This document shows, in pieces, positions 28,070 to 41,355 of a stretch of 64,000 nt of DNA. The position numbers and the translations under genes are program-made. How positions within the stretch are numbered: the stretch's first letter is position 1; each line of letters begins with the position of its first letter. The notes beneath the pieces are model-generated. The model did not search any database. It worked only from the letters and a program-made list of their open reading frames with translations, and had not been told where the DNA came from. Where the stretch lies: positions 30,070,001 through 30,134,000 of the forward strand of contig JANJGN010000026.1 in NCBI GenBank assembly GCA_026770705.1, read 5' to 3'. Source of the DNA: Isurus oxyrinchus (lineage: Eukaryota).

Positions 28070-31000
28070 ACACACACACCTTAAACCAGCTTATATTTCA
28101 ATTCTTTCTTGGACTCGAACTCAAGTTCTGTCGAAGGGTCATGAGGACTCAAAACGTCAACACTTTTCTTCTCCGCCGATGCTGCCAGACCTGCTGAGTT
28201 TTACCAGGTAATTCTGTTTTTGTTTTTGTTTTGGATTTCCAGCATCCGCAGTTTTTTTGTTTTTATCTCTGTGTTTAATTGACTGCCACTGCTCTTCAAG
28301 AAATGCCTACCTCCTTGAAGAAGTTCTGTTCTTTCCTGCAACAAGATTTCCATTCCTCTCTTTTGCCTTGCTCACCTTCATTGCTTTCCATTTCCCTCCT
28401 GGTGTTTGACAAGGTGCTTACTGAAACCCGCTTTCACAGGCACATCTCCTTTCTCAGTGACTGTCTCCATCTCCGACTTACCCTATGTGGATTTCAACTG
28501 AAATTCCACCCCTCATGTTTAGAACCCAAACAGGATTACCGGTATCTCCGGGACATAAAACGTTTCTCAGACTGCTGTTCCCGTCACATTCTGAAATCCA
28601 CACTCAGTGCTATGCACCGCCATATGAACACACTTGACCCCTCCCTCCAGCAGCACCGCCGTACCCTTTTTCAAAGCTGCGTGTGCCCCCAGTTTCATTT
28701 TATCCTTCGGCTCATCCTACGCCTCAACAAGAAACTTTTTCTCTTTCTCTCAAGTGCTAAGGACGCAAGCTCCAACAACTCATCGACACCAACACCCATC
28801 TAGGACCCTCCACCCCGGCCTGTCCCTCCATCCCCACCCCATCTTCCAATCCCAACCCCAGCCGTGTATTCACTATACCTCCTGACCTTCCCCTATCCGA
28901 TGCTGAACGTTCAGTGCTCAGTAAAGGATTTAGTTTCATACCCTTACACCCTCACCTCAATGAATTTCGGGCTCGGCACGATGCTGAACTCTTCTTCCGC
29001 CGTCTTCGTCTCCGGGCTCACTTCTTTGGGCAGGAGTCCTCTCCCAGTTCAACGGATCCTTTTACCCATCTCCAATATTCTCCCTCCACCTGGACCCCTC
29101 CCTCTGGATTCTTACTTCTCTCGATCTTTTCATTGAGAACTGTCGGTGCGACATTAGTCATCTCAATTTCTCTGCTCCTCTCACCCACTTTAACCTGTCT
29201 CTCTCTGAACTTACTGCACTCCATTCTCTCAGGTCCAACTCTGACATTATCTTCAAACCCGCTGACAAGGGTGGTGCTGTTGTTGTCTGGCGCACTGACC
29301 TCTACTTCACGGAGGCTGAGCGTCAACTCGCAGACACTTCCTCCTACCTCTCCCTGGACCATGACCCCACCACTGAACATCAAGCCATTGTTTCCAGGAC
29401 TGTCAAAGACCTCATCTCCTCTGGGGATCTCCCTTCGACAGCTTCCAACCTGATAGTCGCCCAACCTCGGACGGCCCGCTTCTATCTCCTACCCAAAATC
29501 CACAAACAGAACTGCCCTGGTAGACCGATCGTCTCAGCTTGCTCCTGCCCCACAGAACTCACTTCTCATTATCTTGACTCCCTTCTCTCTCCCTTTGTCC
29601 AGTCCCTTCCCACCTACATCCGTGATTCCGCTGACACCTTACGTCACATCAACAATTTCCAGTTCCCTGGCACCAACCGCTTCCTCTTCACCATGGACAA
29701 CTCCATCCCCCACCAGGATGGTCTGAGGGCCCTTAGCTTCTTCCTCGAACAGAGGCCCGAACAATCCCCATCCACCACTACTCTCCTCCGTCTGGCTGAA
29801 CTTGTTCTCACGCTGAACAATTTCTCCTTCAACTCCTCTCACTTCCTCCAAATAAAAGGTGTGGCTATGGGTACCCGCATGGGCCCCAGCTATGCCTGTC
29901 TCTTTATGGGGTATGTGGAACATTCCTTGTTCCGGTCCTACTCCACCCCCCTTCCACAACTCTTTCTCCGGTACATCGATGATTACTTCGGTGCCGCTTC
30001 ATGCTCTCGTCGGGACTTGGAAAAATTTATTAATTTTGCTTCCAATCTCCACCCCTCCATCATTTTCACGTGGTACATCTCTGACACTTCCCTTCCCTTC
30101 CTTGACCTCTCTGTCTCAATCTCTGGTGATAGACTGCCCACCAATATCCATTACAATCCCACCGACTCCCACAGCTATCTCAACTACAGCTCCTCACACC
30201 CCGTTTCCTGTAAGGACTCCATCCCATTCTCTCAGTTCCTTCGCCTCCGTTGCATCTATTCCGATGATGCTACCTTCAAAATCAGTTCCTCTGACATGTC
30301 CTCCTTCTTCCTTAACCGAGGTTTTCCACCCACGGCCGTTGACAGGGCCCTCAACCGTGTCCGGCCCATCTCCCGCGCATCCGCCCTCACGCCTTCTCCT
30401 CCCTCCCAGAAACATGATAGGGTCCCCCTTGTCCTCACTTATCACCCCACCAGCCTCCACATTCAAAGGATCATCCTCCGCCATTTCCGCCAACTCCAGC
30501 ATGATGCCACCACCCAACACATCTTCCCTTCACCCCCCTTATCGGCATTCCATAGGGATCGCTCCCTCCGGGACACCCTGGTCCACTCCTCCATCACCCC
30601 CTACTCCTCAACCCCCTCCTAGGCACCACCCCATGCCCACGCAAAAGATGCAACACCTGCCCCTTCACTTCCTCTCTCCTCACCGTCCAAGGGCCCAAAC
30701 ATTCCTTTCAAGTGAAGCAGCATTTCACTTGCATTTCCCCCAACTTAGTCTACTGCATTCGTTGCTCCCAATGTGGTCTCCTCTACATTAGAGAGACCAA
30801 ACGTAAACTGGGCGACCGCTTTGCAGAACACCTGCGGTCTGTCCGCAAGAATGACCCAAACCTCCCTGTCGCTTGCCATTTTAACACTCCACCCTGCTCT
30901 CTTGCCCACATGTCTGTCCTTGGCTTACTGCATTGTTCCAGTGAAGCCCAACGCAAACTGGAGGAACAACACCTCATCTTCCGACTAGGCACCTTACAGC

Positions 31001-31415
31001 CTTCCGGTCTGAATATTGAATTCAACAACTTTACGTCGTGTGCTCCCTCCCCCATCCCCACCCCCTTTCTGTTTCCCCCTTCCTGTTCTTTTTTTTCCAA
31101 TAAATTATAAAGATTTTCCTTTTCCCACCTATTTCCATTATATAAAAAGAACCCCACTAGAGCTGTACCTTGAGTGCCCTACCATCCATTCTTAATTAGC
31201 ACATTCGTTTAGATAATATCACCAACTTTAACTTTAACACCTATGTGTTCTATTGTACCATTGTCGCTGACATCTTTTGATGATCTGCTTCTATCACTGC
31301 TTGTTTGTCCATACAACCACACCCCCCCCCACCTCTCTCTCTCTCTATCTCTCCGCCCCCCACACACACACCTTAAACCAGCTTATATTTCAGCTCTTTC
31401 TTGGATTTGAACTCA

Positions 31416-31455
31416 AGTTCTGTCGAAGGGTCATGAGGACTCGAAACGTCAACTC
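31416..31455 (+). ncRNA. Minimal type-I hammerhead-ribozyme-like motif in pLTR (variant core)
   Basis: AGTT-CTGTCGA-A-GGGTC-atgag-GACTC-GAAAC-GTC-AACT. Same motif at 46601-46640, 61287-61326, 60474-60513 (-), and with AAAAC at ~28124-28162 and ~22512-22552 (-). Confidence 0.65.
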
Positions 31456-31689
31456 TTTTCTTCTCCGCCGATGCTGCCAGACCTGCTGAGTTTTTCCAGG
31501 TAATTCTGTTTTTGTTTACATTCTCCAGTGTGTTGTGCAGCACTGCTGCTGTGCTGAACGGGATACATTCAGAACAGATCTAGCAGCTCAAAACTTAGCA
31601 TCAACGAGATACTGTTGGTCATTAACAGCAGGAGAGTTGCGTTCAATCACACCCTGTAATCTCATGGACCAGAATATCCTTCACTCAAA

Positions 31690-32380
31690 CATTAGTGTGT
31701 CTATCCACAGATTCCTGAAGGGAGCAGATCAGGTAGATGAGGTGGTTAAGAAGGCATATGGGTTACTTGCCTTTATTATCTGAGGCATAAAACACAAGAG
31801 CAGGGAGGTTATGCTGGAACTTTATAAAACATTTGTTAGGCCACAACTGGAGCACTACATGCAGTTCTGGTCACCACATTTCTAGGAAGTATGTGACTGC
31901 ACTGGAGAGAGTGCAGAGGAGATTTACCAAGTTGCTGTCTGGGCTGAAGGATCTGAACTATGAGGAAAGATTGGATATGCTGGGCTGTTTTCCTTGGAGA
32001 ACCATGCTTGAGGGGGTGCTGAGGGGCATATGTAGGGTGGGTAGGAAGGCATCATTTCCATTAGTACAGGGGTCAAAAACCAAAGAGCAGAGATTTTGGA
32101 TAAGAGGTAGAAGGCTAAGAGGGGAGTTAATGAGAATCTTTTTCACCCAGAGGGCGGTAGGAATTTGGAACTCACTGCCCGAAAGGGTGGTTGAGTCAGA
32201 AACTCTAGTAACATTTAAAAAGGATTTAAATGTTCACTTAAGCTGCCATAGCTTCCAGGGCTATGGGCCAAGCGCGGCAAAATGGGATTAGTGTAGTCAG
32301 GTCTTTGTTTACCGGGGCAGAAACGATGGGCCGAATGGCCTCCATCTGTGCTGTAATCGTCTCTGAGTCTATGAGTCTAT
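31690..32380 (+). mobile_element. CR1-type LINE 3' remnant
   Basis: LERVQRRFTKLL...FFTQRAVGIWNSLPE. Confidence 0.88.
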
Positions 32381-32499
32381 CATCTAGCCTGGGAATAATA
32401 ACGAATGTAGGCCAGCAGGTCAGAAGCAAGACCAGGCATACCTGAAAATGATGAACCATAGCATGAAGATAGAATACTGTACATAATGGACAACAGATT

Positions 32500-33625
32500 A
32501 GGTCTGTCCCCTCGCAGCTTAATCAGTCTACTCTCAATCATCAGTAAAGTGACTGAAGGAGTCGCCAAAATGCCCACCAAAGATCAGACTGAATCCACCA
32601 GGATCAGCTAGCGTCAAAGCTCATTGTAAACTTAGTCTGAACATGGACAAGAGAGCGAGCATCCAGACATGATGTATGAGTGCTTCAGTTCTTGATGTCA
32701 AAGTAGCTATTAACTGAGTGGGGCATGAGGAAGCCTTGGAAAGTGTCAGGTCAACGGGAATCAGGGGCAAGTCTCTCCACTGGCTGGAGTTACACCTAGT
32801 GAATATGAAGATGTTGTGTTGTTGGAGACCAATCATCTCAGCAGCAGGACATCGTTCCAGGAGTCTCTCAGAGAAGTGTCCTTGGTCCAACCATCTTCAG
32901 CAGCTTAATCAATGACCTTCCTTTCATCGCTGGGTCAGGAGTGGGGATGTTCGCTCATATTTGCACAGTGTTCTGTTCCATTTATGACCTATCAGATAAT
33001 GAAACCGTCCTTACTTATTGCACCTCGAACTGGACAAGTTTGCATTGATGAGTTGCAAGTGATATAAGCAGCACACATGTGCCAGGCAATGACCAACTAC
33101 AACAATAAAGAAACCAAACCTCTCCCCTTGATGTTCAAAAGACATAACCATTGCTGAAACCCATCATCAACGTTCTGCAGGTGCCATTGAACAGAAACTG
33201 AACTGGACCAGCCATATAAATACTGTGGCTACAAGAGTAGGTCAAAGGCTGGGTATTCTGTGTGAATAACTCACTTCTGGATTCCCCAAAGCCTTTCCAC
33301 CATCTGCAAATCTGCAAGTCAGATGCCTGTTGGAAATTGTTTACTTATCTTGACGAATGTAACTGCAGCAACTCTCAAGAATCTCCACACCAACCAGGGG
33401 AAATCAACCCCTTGATAGGCTCCTCATCCAGGAATTAAACATTCACTCTCTTTGCCACTGATACACAGTGGCTGCAGTGTGTACCATCCACAAGATGCAC
33501 TGCAGCAACTCGCCAAGGTCCCTTCAACAACACCTTCCATACCTGTGACCTCCACCTCCCAGAATAACAAGGGCAACAAGCACATGGGAACACAATGCCC
33601 TGCATCCTCCTACACATACCACTCC
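32500..33625 (+). mobile_element. Old CR1-group LINE remnant
   Basis: Degenerate RT motifs (PQ-S-LGP-, MFA-); related to the minus-strand pieces at 49110-49690 and 59700-59900. Confidence 0.7.
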
Positions 33626-35649
33626 ATAGGTAGGAAATTGGCCTTTGGCGCAGGAAAAGAACGGATATCTGAAATCTAATTCTGCTGACTGCAGAGAAAA
33701 TGCATATCAAGTGCTGCGTAGCATATACGGCCGATCTGATACCGTCCTTTCAGGCTACTGCCAGATATCAATTTCTAGCCTAACATCTTTATTTATAATA
33801 TTATCTCTCCATCTCACAGAAACATGGAGTAATGCAGCCATAATTTAAACAGAGGCATAGATAAAATCCAAATGCTGCAAATGTTGGAAATCTGAAATAA
33901 AGACAGAAAATGCTGGACAAACTCAGGAGGCTGGACAGCATCGAGTCCATATGCCTCTTCTTCAGAAACATAGCCTAGTGTCATAGTTACAATGACCACT
34001 ATAATGTAGACATAGTCAAGATTTAATATAACATAAACAGAGACAGGGCCTAGTGTAATATAAACAGAGAAAGAATCCAGTGCAATACAAACTGAGATGG
34101 CTTCCAGTGGTACATTAATGAGATAGGGTCTATTTTAAGACAAACGGAGGCCTGATCCAGCACAATAGAAATAAAGGAGCCCCCAGGGAATTAATAATCA
34201 AACCAGGATCCTGTATAACATGGGAGGGACCATCGGGAACGTCATTGGATCAGTAATCCAGAGATCCAGGCCTTTTCCCTGGGGATAGGGGTTTGAATCC
34301 ATTTATGGCAGCATGTGGAATCCAAATTCAATTAATAAATCTGGAATTGAAAGCTCATCTCAATAATGATGACCATGAAATGATATTCGATTATATTAAA
34401 CATCCACCTGGTTCACCGATGTCCTTTAGGGAAGGAAACTTGCCGTCCTTAGCCAGTGTGACTTACATTTTTTTTTTGTTCGTTCATGAGAATGGGTGCG
34501 GCGCTGGCTAGGCCAGCATTTATTGCCCGTCCCTAATTGCCCCCTTGAGAACAGTGCGGCTTGTTAGGCTGGGTTTTCACGACAATGTTTTCATGGTTAT
34601 CATTAGATTTTTCGATTCAAATTTCACCATCTGCCATGGAAGGATTCAAACCCAGACCCCCAGCGATTTACTAGCCCAGTGAGAATACCAGCACATCACC
34701 ACCTCCCATACATATAACTCCGGACCCACAGCTTTGTGGAGCCCCATTCTCCAGTTATTTGTTTACTTGTCTACCACCATTTACGACTGGATGTGACAGG
34801 ACTGCAGAGGTAAATCCGATCGATTTGAATTGGCAACTTCCAGACTGTGTGATATAAATATTGGTATTGACTGGTGCAGTATTAATTGAAACAGGGTACA
34901 TTGAAATATAAAGAGAGACAGTGTTTGGTCTAACATAAAAATAGACAGAGTCCAATTTAAAAAAGACAGAGACAGGGTCCAGTGCAGTATTAACTGAGAC
35001 AATGCCTGTTTCATAGAATGTGTCCGTCAAGATTTCACATCCATCTGCTGGACAAACTTTGCAATTGCAGCTACTGTGAAAATTTCGCTGTCAGGTTAGA
35101 TCTTTGACATTATTGTATCAAGAATCCACTTCCCCAGGTGTCACACCACATCGCCTTCTGTGGGAGGAGTCAAAATTTAACAAAATTCAACTAATTGCAG
35201 ATGAACGTGGTTGATTAGCGCACGTTAAAGTGGCACCAGAGTAAAGCGGCCCAATTTCTGATGATGTAACTTTGTTCATTTTGATTAAAGGGAGGGATGT
35301 TGACCAAGAGAGGGGGGGAGCTTTAATATCCACCTCAACAAACATTGTGTTGGGGAGAGTTTATTCATTCATGATACCACCTGATAGACAGTTAGGGTCA
35401 TTTTCTTCAATAGTTAAGGCCTATGGAGCCTCCCAGGATTGGAAGGTGGCATCTTAAGTTGAAGCACAAGATGCCATTTTGGTCTGTGTGTGTGTGTGTG
35501 TGTGTGTCTGTGTGTGTGTGTGTGTGAGGAAGATTGGGAGGGAGAGAAAGAGCGAGAAGCACATCACATTGTTTGCAACTGAATTTCACGAAGATCCTGG
35601 ACAGCCTTCCATCTATGAAAGGTCACAGACACACAATGGAAACAAACCC

Positions 35650-37140
35650 ATTTCAGATGTGCTGATTGCTAAGAAGGCCAATTGTTGTGAGGCAGGCTCT
35701 GCCACAAGTGCTGCACATGAAGCTACAAAGTGTCGTTGTGACTTGGTTTTTCCCGGTGTTGGCCTCGATTTCCAAGCCGCTTTAGCCGCTGGTCATCGTG
35801 ATGATTCACGCCAACCCACAGGAGGTGTCACCATTTTCCTCAGTTGTCAGTTAGTTACATTCAGTTACGATAATCGATAGTTAGGGCCTTCACTTCAAGC
35901 AGCCTTGAAGTGGAGTTTTGGGTGTCCCACTGGTTGCCTGCCTCCAGCTCCCTCACCAAACAGAAAGTCCTTGTGTATGTGACCATCTTCCATCCTGTGA
36001 ACGTTCCCAAGCCATAAAAACCGCTTCTGTTTGATGAGTTCTTTAGCCTTGGGAGCTCTGCCTTTGAGAGTATCACTGCATTCGTGACTTTATCCTGCCA
36101 GTACATACCCATAATGTGCAGCAGGTATTGAAGATGGAAATTGTGGAGCTTCTTTACTTGATAACCATAAGTCGCCCATGTGTCACAGCCATTCAACAAG
36201 ATGCTGAGAGCACAGGCCTTATAAATCATCAGCTTGGTCCTAAGGGTCAGTTTGATGTTATTCCAGGGGCGTTTCATGAGTCAGGCAAAGGTGGCAGCTG
36301 CTTTCCCCATGCGGGTAATAACTTCTTCATCAAGGAACAGGCTGCCTGTCACCTTGGAACCCATTGAGCGGAATTTACCTCCATCCAGTTGTTATTTAGT
36401 GTGATCAATGACGGAAATGCAACACCTTTTCCCATGATCGCAGTTTTCTCCATGCTTAAAGTCAGGGAGAACAAGTTACAGGCATGGGACAGTCAGTTCA
36501 TCAGTCTTTGTGGATAAGTTTCCATTTTGATGACAGAGTTATCAGCATGGAAGAATTCTCTGATCAGGATTCAATGTGTTTATATCTTCGCTTTCTGTCT
36601 TATAGATTGTGGATCTTGTGGTCTGATCGAGTGTAAGTCGACTCCTTCCATATTTACAGGGAAGACAAAGATCAGCTGCATGAAGAAGGTGCCCAACAGA
36701 GTGGGGATTGGACACAGGCCTGTTTCACTCCATTCTTCACTCTGAATCTGTCGGAAGTGGAATCATCAATCTGTACAATGGAGGGTACGTTGTCATGGAA
36801 AGACTGGATGAGACTGGGGAGCTTTGGTGAACAGCCAATTTTCCCAAAAATCTTCTGGAGTAGTGTTCCGCTGACGGTGTCGAGCGTTTGGAGCAAATCA
36901 TGTCCAGAGTATATCTTCTGACACAAGCATCAGACTGTGCTTCAGCCTGAAACCAGATGAAGTTTTTAAAGTATGACCCGAGCAAAAGCCTTCCCCGTGA
37001 CTCTATGAGTGATATATCCCTGTAGTTGTTGCAGTCTCACCTGTCGGCTTTGTTTTCAGATAGTGTGGTGATTTTTGCATCATTCACCTCCTGTGGAACG
37101 TATCTTATCTTTCAGCAGAGAAGAAGAAGGTCGTAAAGGC
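35650..37140 (-). mobile_element. RTE-clade LINE remnant
   Basis: LTLRTKLMIYKAC.LS.LLNGCDTW...LHNFH...WQDKVTN and FRVKNGVKQ.C motifs. Confidence 0.85.
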
Positions 37141-37420
37141 TGAGAAAGATAAATAATTATCAACACCAACCATTATCAATTCATGAAGGTAAATAATTAT
37201 ATTCAAGAATTATCATCAATTCGCAAAGATAAATAAGTATTTTCACCAGTTGACATCAATTCACAAAGGTAAATAATTATATTCATCAATTATCATCAAC
37301 CCACAAAGATAAATAATTATATTCACCAATTACCATCAATTCACAAGACAAATAATTATATCCAGAAATTATCATTCATTCACAAAGATTAATAATTGCA
37401 TGAACCAATCATTTTCAGCA
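37140..37420 (+). repeat. ~40-bp AT-rich minisatellite
   Basis: AAAGATAAATAATTATATTCACCAATTATCATCAATTCAC, about 7 copies. Confidence 0.85.
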
Positions 37421-38059
37421 TATTATTCCATACAAAATGTAATTGCAATTCATTTAATATCAATAACATTGAATGAGGTCACATTGACCATTCTATCAGT
37501 AAGGGATCATATCTGTCCCAGAATTCAGTGGGAAATGAAATTAAATCAGACCGAGGGTAATGAGCAGCTACCCAGCAACCTCTGCGCTTTATTGACAAGT
37601 AATCACCTCTTCATCACACAGAAACTCCTCACATATAACTGGAGTGTGTAAGAGTTTGTAAAGTGATGGTATAAATAAAACTACCTGGCTCTCCAGTGAG
37701 TGATGTTTGTTACCTTCACTAATTTGGGTGAGGATATGTTGAATGTTTTGTTGTATGTGCAAGCACCACATATTTCAAATATTACAATCCTCCATCCTAA
37801 ACCGAATTATGTACCCGCTTTCTGTCTGAAAGATGATGATTCACCATCAGCAGGGAAGAATCATCAATACCGCAGGGATATCTCCAGCCTTCTCTTGTGG
37901 CGTTCAGCTCGTTAGCCTGAGGATGGAATCCATCCAGAAAATCTGGAGGGACTGAATATATTAGACTGACACAAATGAAATACTGAACCTGCTTCAAGAT
38001 ATAAAGTAGTCATGCACCAAGATGGGAAGGTAGAACAGCGTTTTTCAGGCTCGCCGATC

Positions 38060-39940
38060 AATCCACCACTACTCTCCATCCACCACTACACTCCTCCATC
38101 TGGCTGAACTTGTACTCACGTTGAACAATTTCTCCTTCAACTCCTCTCACTTCCTCCAAATAAAAGGTGTGGCTATGGGTACCCGCATGGGCCCCAGCTA
38201 TACCTGTCTCTTTATGGGGTATGTGGAACATTCCTTGTTCCAGTCCTACTCCGGCCCCCTTCCACAACTCTTTCTCCAGTACATCGATTATTACTTCGGT
38301 GCTGCTTCATGCTCTCATCAGGACTTGGAAAAATTTATTAATTTTGCTTCCAATCTCCACCCCTCCATCATTTTCACGTGGTCCATCTCTGACACTTCCC
38401 TTCCCTTCCTTGACCTCTCTGTCTCAATCTCTGGTGATAGACTGTCCACCAATATCCATTACAAACCCACCGACTCCCACAGCTACCTCGACTACAGCTC
38501 CTCACACCCCGCTTCCTATAAGGGCTCCATCCCATTCTCTCAGTTCCTTCACCTCCGTTGCATCTATTCCGATGATGCTACCTTCAAAAACAGTTCCTCT
38601 GACATGTCTTCCTTCTTCCTTAACTGAGGTGTTCCACCCACGGTCGTTGACAGGGCCCTCAACCATGTCCGGCCCATCTCCCGCGTGTCTGTCCTCACGC
38701 CTTCTGCTCCCTCCCAGAAACATGATAGAGTCCTCCTTGTCCTCACTTATCACCCCACCAGCCTCCGCATTCAAAGATCATCCTCCGCCATTTCCGCCAA
38801 CTTCAGCATGATGCCACCACCAAACACATCTTCCCTTCACCCCCCCCCCCCCCCCCCCCCCCCACCGGTGGCATTCCGTAGGGATCGTTCCCTCCAGGAC
38901 ACCCTGGTCCACTCCTCCATCACCCCTACTCCTCAACCCCCACCTATGGCACCTCCCCATGCCCACGCAAAAGATGTAACACCTGTCCCTTCACTTCCTC
39001 TCTCCTCACTGTCCAAGGGCCCAAACACTCCTTTCAGTGAAGCAGCATTTCACTTGCATTTCTCCAACTTAGTCTACTGCATTCGTTGCTCCCAATGTGG
39101 TCTCCTCTACATTGGAGAGACCAAACGTAAACTGGGCGACCGCTTCACGGAACACCTGCGGTCTGTCCACAAGAATGACCCAAACCTCCCTGTTGCTTCC
39201 CATTTTAACACTCCACCCTGCTCTCTTGCCCACATGTCTGTCCTTGCCTTGATGCATTGATCCAGTGAAGCCCAACGGAACTGGAGGAAACAACACCTCA
39301 TCTTCCGACTAGGCATTTTACAGCCTTCTGGACTGAATATTGAATTCAGCAACTTTAGATCTTGAACTCACTCCTCCATCCCCACCCCACTTCTGTTTCT
39401 TCCCACTTCCTTTTGTTTTCTCTAATAATTTATATAGATGTTTCTTTTCCCACCTATTTCCATTATTTTTAAATCTTTTATGCCCCCACCCCCCACTACA
39501 GCTATACCTTGAGTGCCCTACCATCCATTCTTAATTAGCACATTCGTTTAGATAATATCACCAACTTCAACACCTGTGTTCTTTTGTTCTTTTGTCTGTG
39601 ACATCTTTTGATTATCTGCTCCTATCACTGCTTGCTTGTCCCTACAACCACACCACCCCCCTCCACTTCTCTCCCCCCACCCAACAACCCCCGCCCCCCT
39701 CCCCCTCCCCCCCATACCACCCCCCCCCCACCCCCCCCCCCCCACCCCCGCCCCCCTGACTACCTTAAACCAGCTTATATTTCACCCCTCTCCTTGGATT
39801 CACCCAGTTGTGCTGAAGGGTCATGAGGACTCGAAATGTCAACTCTTTTCTTCTCCACCGATGTTGCCAAAACTGCTGAGTTTTTCCAGGTAATTCTGTT
39901 TTTGTTTTGGATTTCCAGCATCCGCAGTTTTTTGTTTTAT
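38060..39940 (+). mobile_element. 5'-truncated Penelope copy
   Basis: RT, GIY-YIG and pLTR tail with stops and frameshifts; short duplication at the 5' junction. Confidence 0.92.
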
Positions 39941-40049
39941 ATCTTAATACATTGGTCAACCCATTCATTGATTCCTTAATCAAAATATCCAGACATCCAA
40001 TTACCATTCATTCCTGTATCACTGCAGTCATCCCTCCATTCTTTGGCAG

Positions 40050-40410
40050 ATGGTTGTGTTGTATTAATGTCACTGGATAAGTAACAAAAACGCAAATTCA
40101 AATCCCACCATGGCAGCTAGTGGAATTTAAATTCAATAATAAATCTGGGATTGAAAGCTGGTCCAGTGAAGGAAACCGGGAAACTACCATTGATTGTGGA
40201 AAAAAAACTCATCTCATTCACTAATGTCCTTCAGGAAAGGAAATCTGCCACTGTACCTAGTCTGGCCTACATGTGACTCCAGATTCGCAGCAACATGATG
40301 GACTCTAACTGCCCTCTGAAATGGCCGAGCAAGGCTCTCAGTTCAAAGGCAGTTAGGGACAGGCAACAAATGCTGGCCTTGCCAATGACTCCCACATCCC
40401 GTGAAAGAGT
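40050..40410 (+). mobile_element. SINE remnant (related copy at ~34230-34470)
   Basis: TTCAAATCCCACCATGGCAG head and LINE-derived tail shared between the copies. Confidence 0.6.
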
Positions 40411-41355
40411 AAAGGGGCAAAAAAATCACACAAATGTATCTGTTTGTTACAAAATGCATCCTCTCTCTGAGTCCTCTCTAAAAGTCTATCTGTAATTCTT
40501 TCCATCCATCCATCCATCACAATATTATGATATGTTGGAGAGATCCTCCAATGAGCTATTGTTGCTAACAGGGTGTCAGAAAAGCTGGATAACTTTTCTT
40601 CCCTGAGAGATGGAACAGTTCACATAAGTTCACAATTTAAAAAATAAAACTGACTCCAGTGTTGTTGCAGGGTAAATTTTTTATAAATAGGCCTTGTTGA
40701 CAATGTTAAGGATTTGAAGTTACCTTGCAGCAAAGCGGTCAGTACTGAGGAAACAGATCTTTGATTAACTGCACAAACTCCCTGATGCTTCCTGTAAACA
40801 ACATCGGACATTCGAGCCTCCCTGACTGCAGCCGGCTGGCTTGCTTCAAATACTGTGTGGGGCAGATTAACCTGGATATGAATGAACAAAATGGTTTTAG
40901 CCATTCAAACAATAAATATTTCTGTCGCACATGAAAGACACATTTTTAAATGGTATTTCATCTAAGGAAATATTTGAATGAATGCCGTGTTCACGGTGAG
41001 ATTAAACTCAATCCGATAATATTAAATTCACCACATATTACTTAATTTATATTATTGCTAAGTAAAGGGCATTCCAGTTGTTAAAGCCGGTTTATTAAGA
41101 ACTTCGTGGAGTGCGAGAGAGCGATGTTGATGGTCCCACTCCCCCAGTCTAATGAGCTGAGTAGAATGGCAAAAAATTAAAAGAAATTAAGTTAAAAGAA
41201 AATCATAAAATTGTACTGAACCTGCAGGAATTCCTTGAATATTCTCCCAGTTGTACACCTCATTTAACCTGAGGGATCTCTTATACCTCATTAGCACCGT
41301 GAACTGTACAGTTTAATTTGTGCTGATTTCGATTATTTAACAGTCCCTCTCATAG

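Larger units (their letters stand above)
22445..31517. mobile_element. Composite Penelope-like element: inverted copy A (-, 22445-25297) followed by tandem copies B (+, 25298-~28270) and C (+, ~28270-31517)
   Basis: RT motifs (KPADKGG, GVAMGTRMGPSYACLFM, RYIDD) and GIY-YIG (LVYCIxCSQCGLLYIGET) in each copy; the same pLTR-like 3' ends. Confidence 0.95.

Noticed and set aside
23256-30791. Alternative-frame and antisense ORFs over the Penelope copies (e.g. MWLWVPAWAPA...)
   Set aside because: Shadow frames of the C-rich RT ORF; no independent evidence of function.
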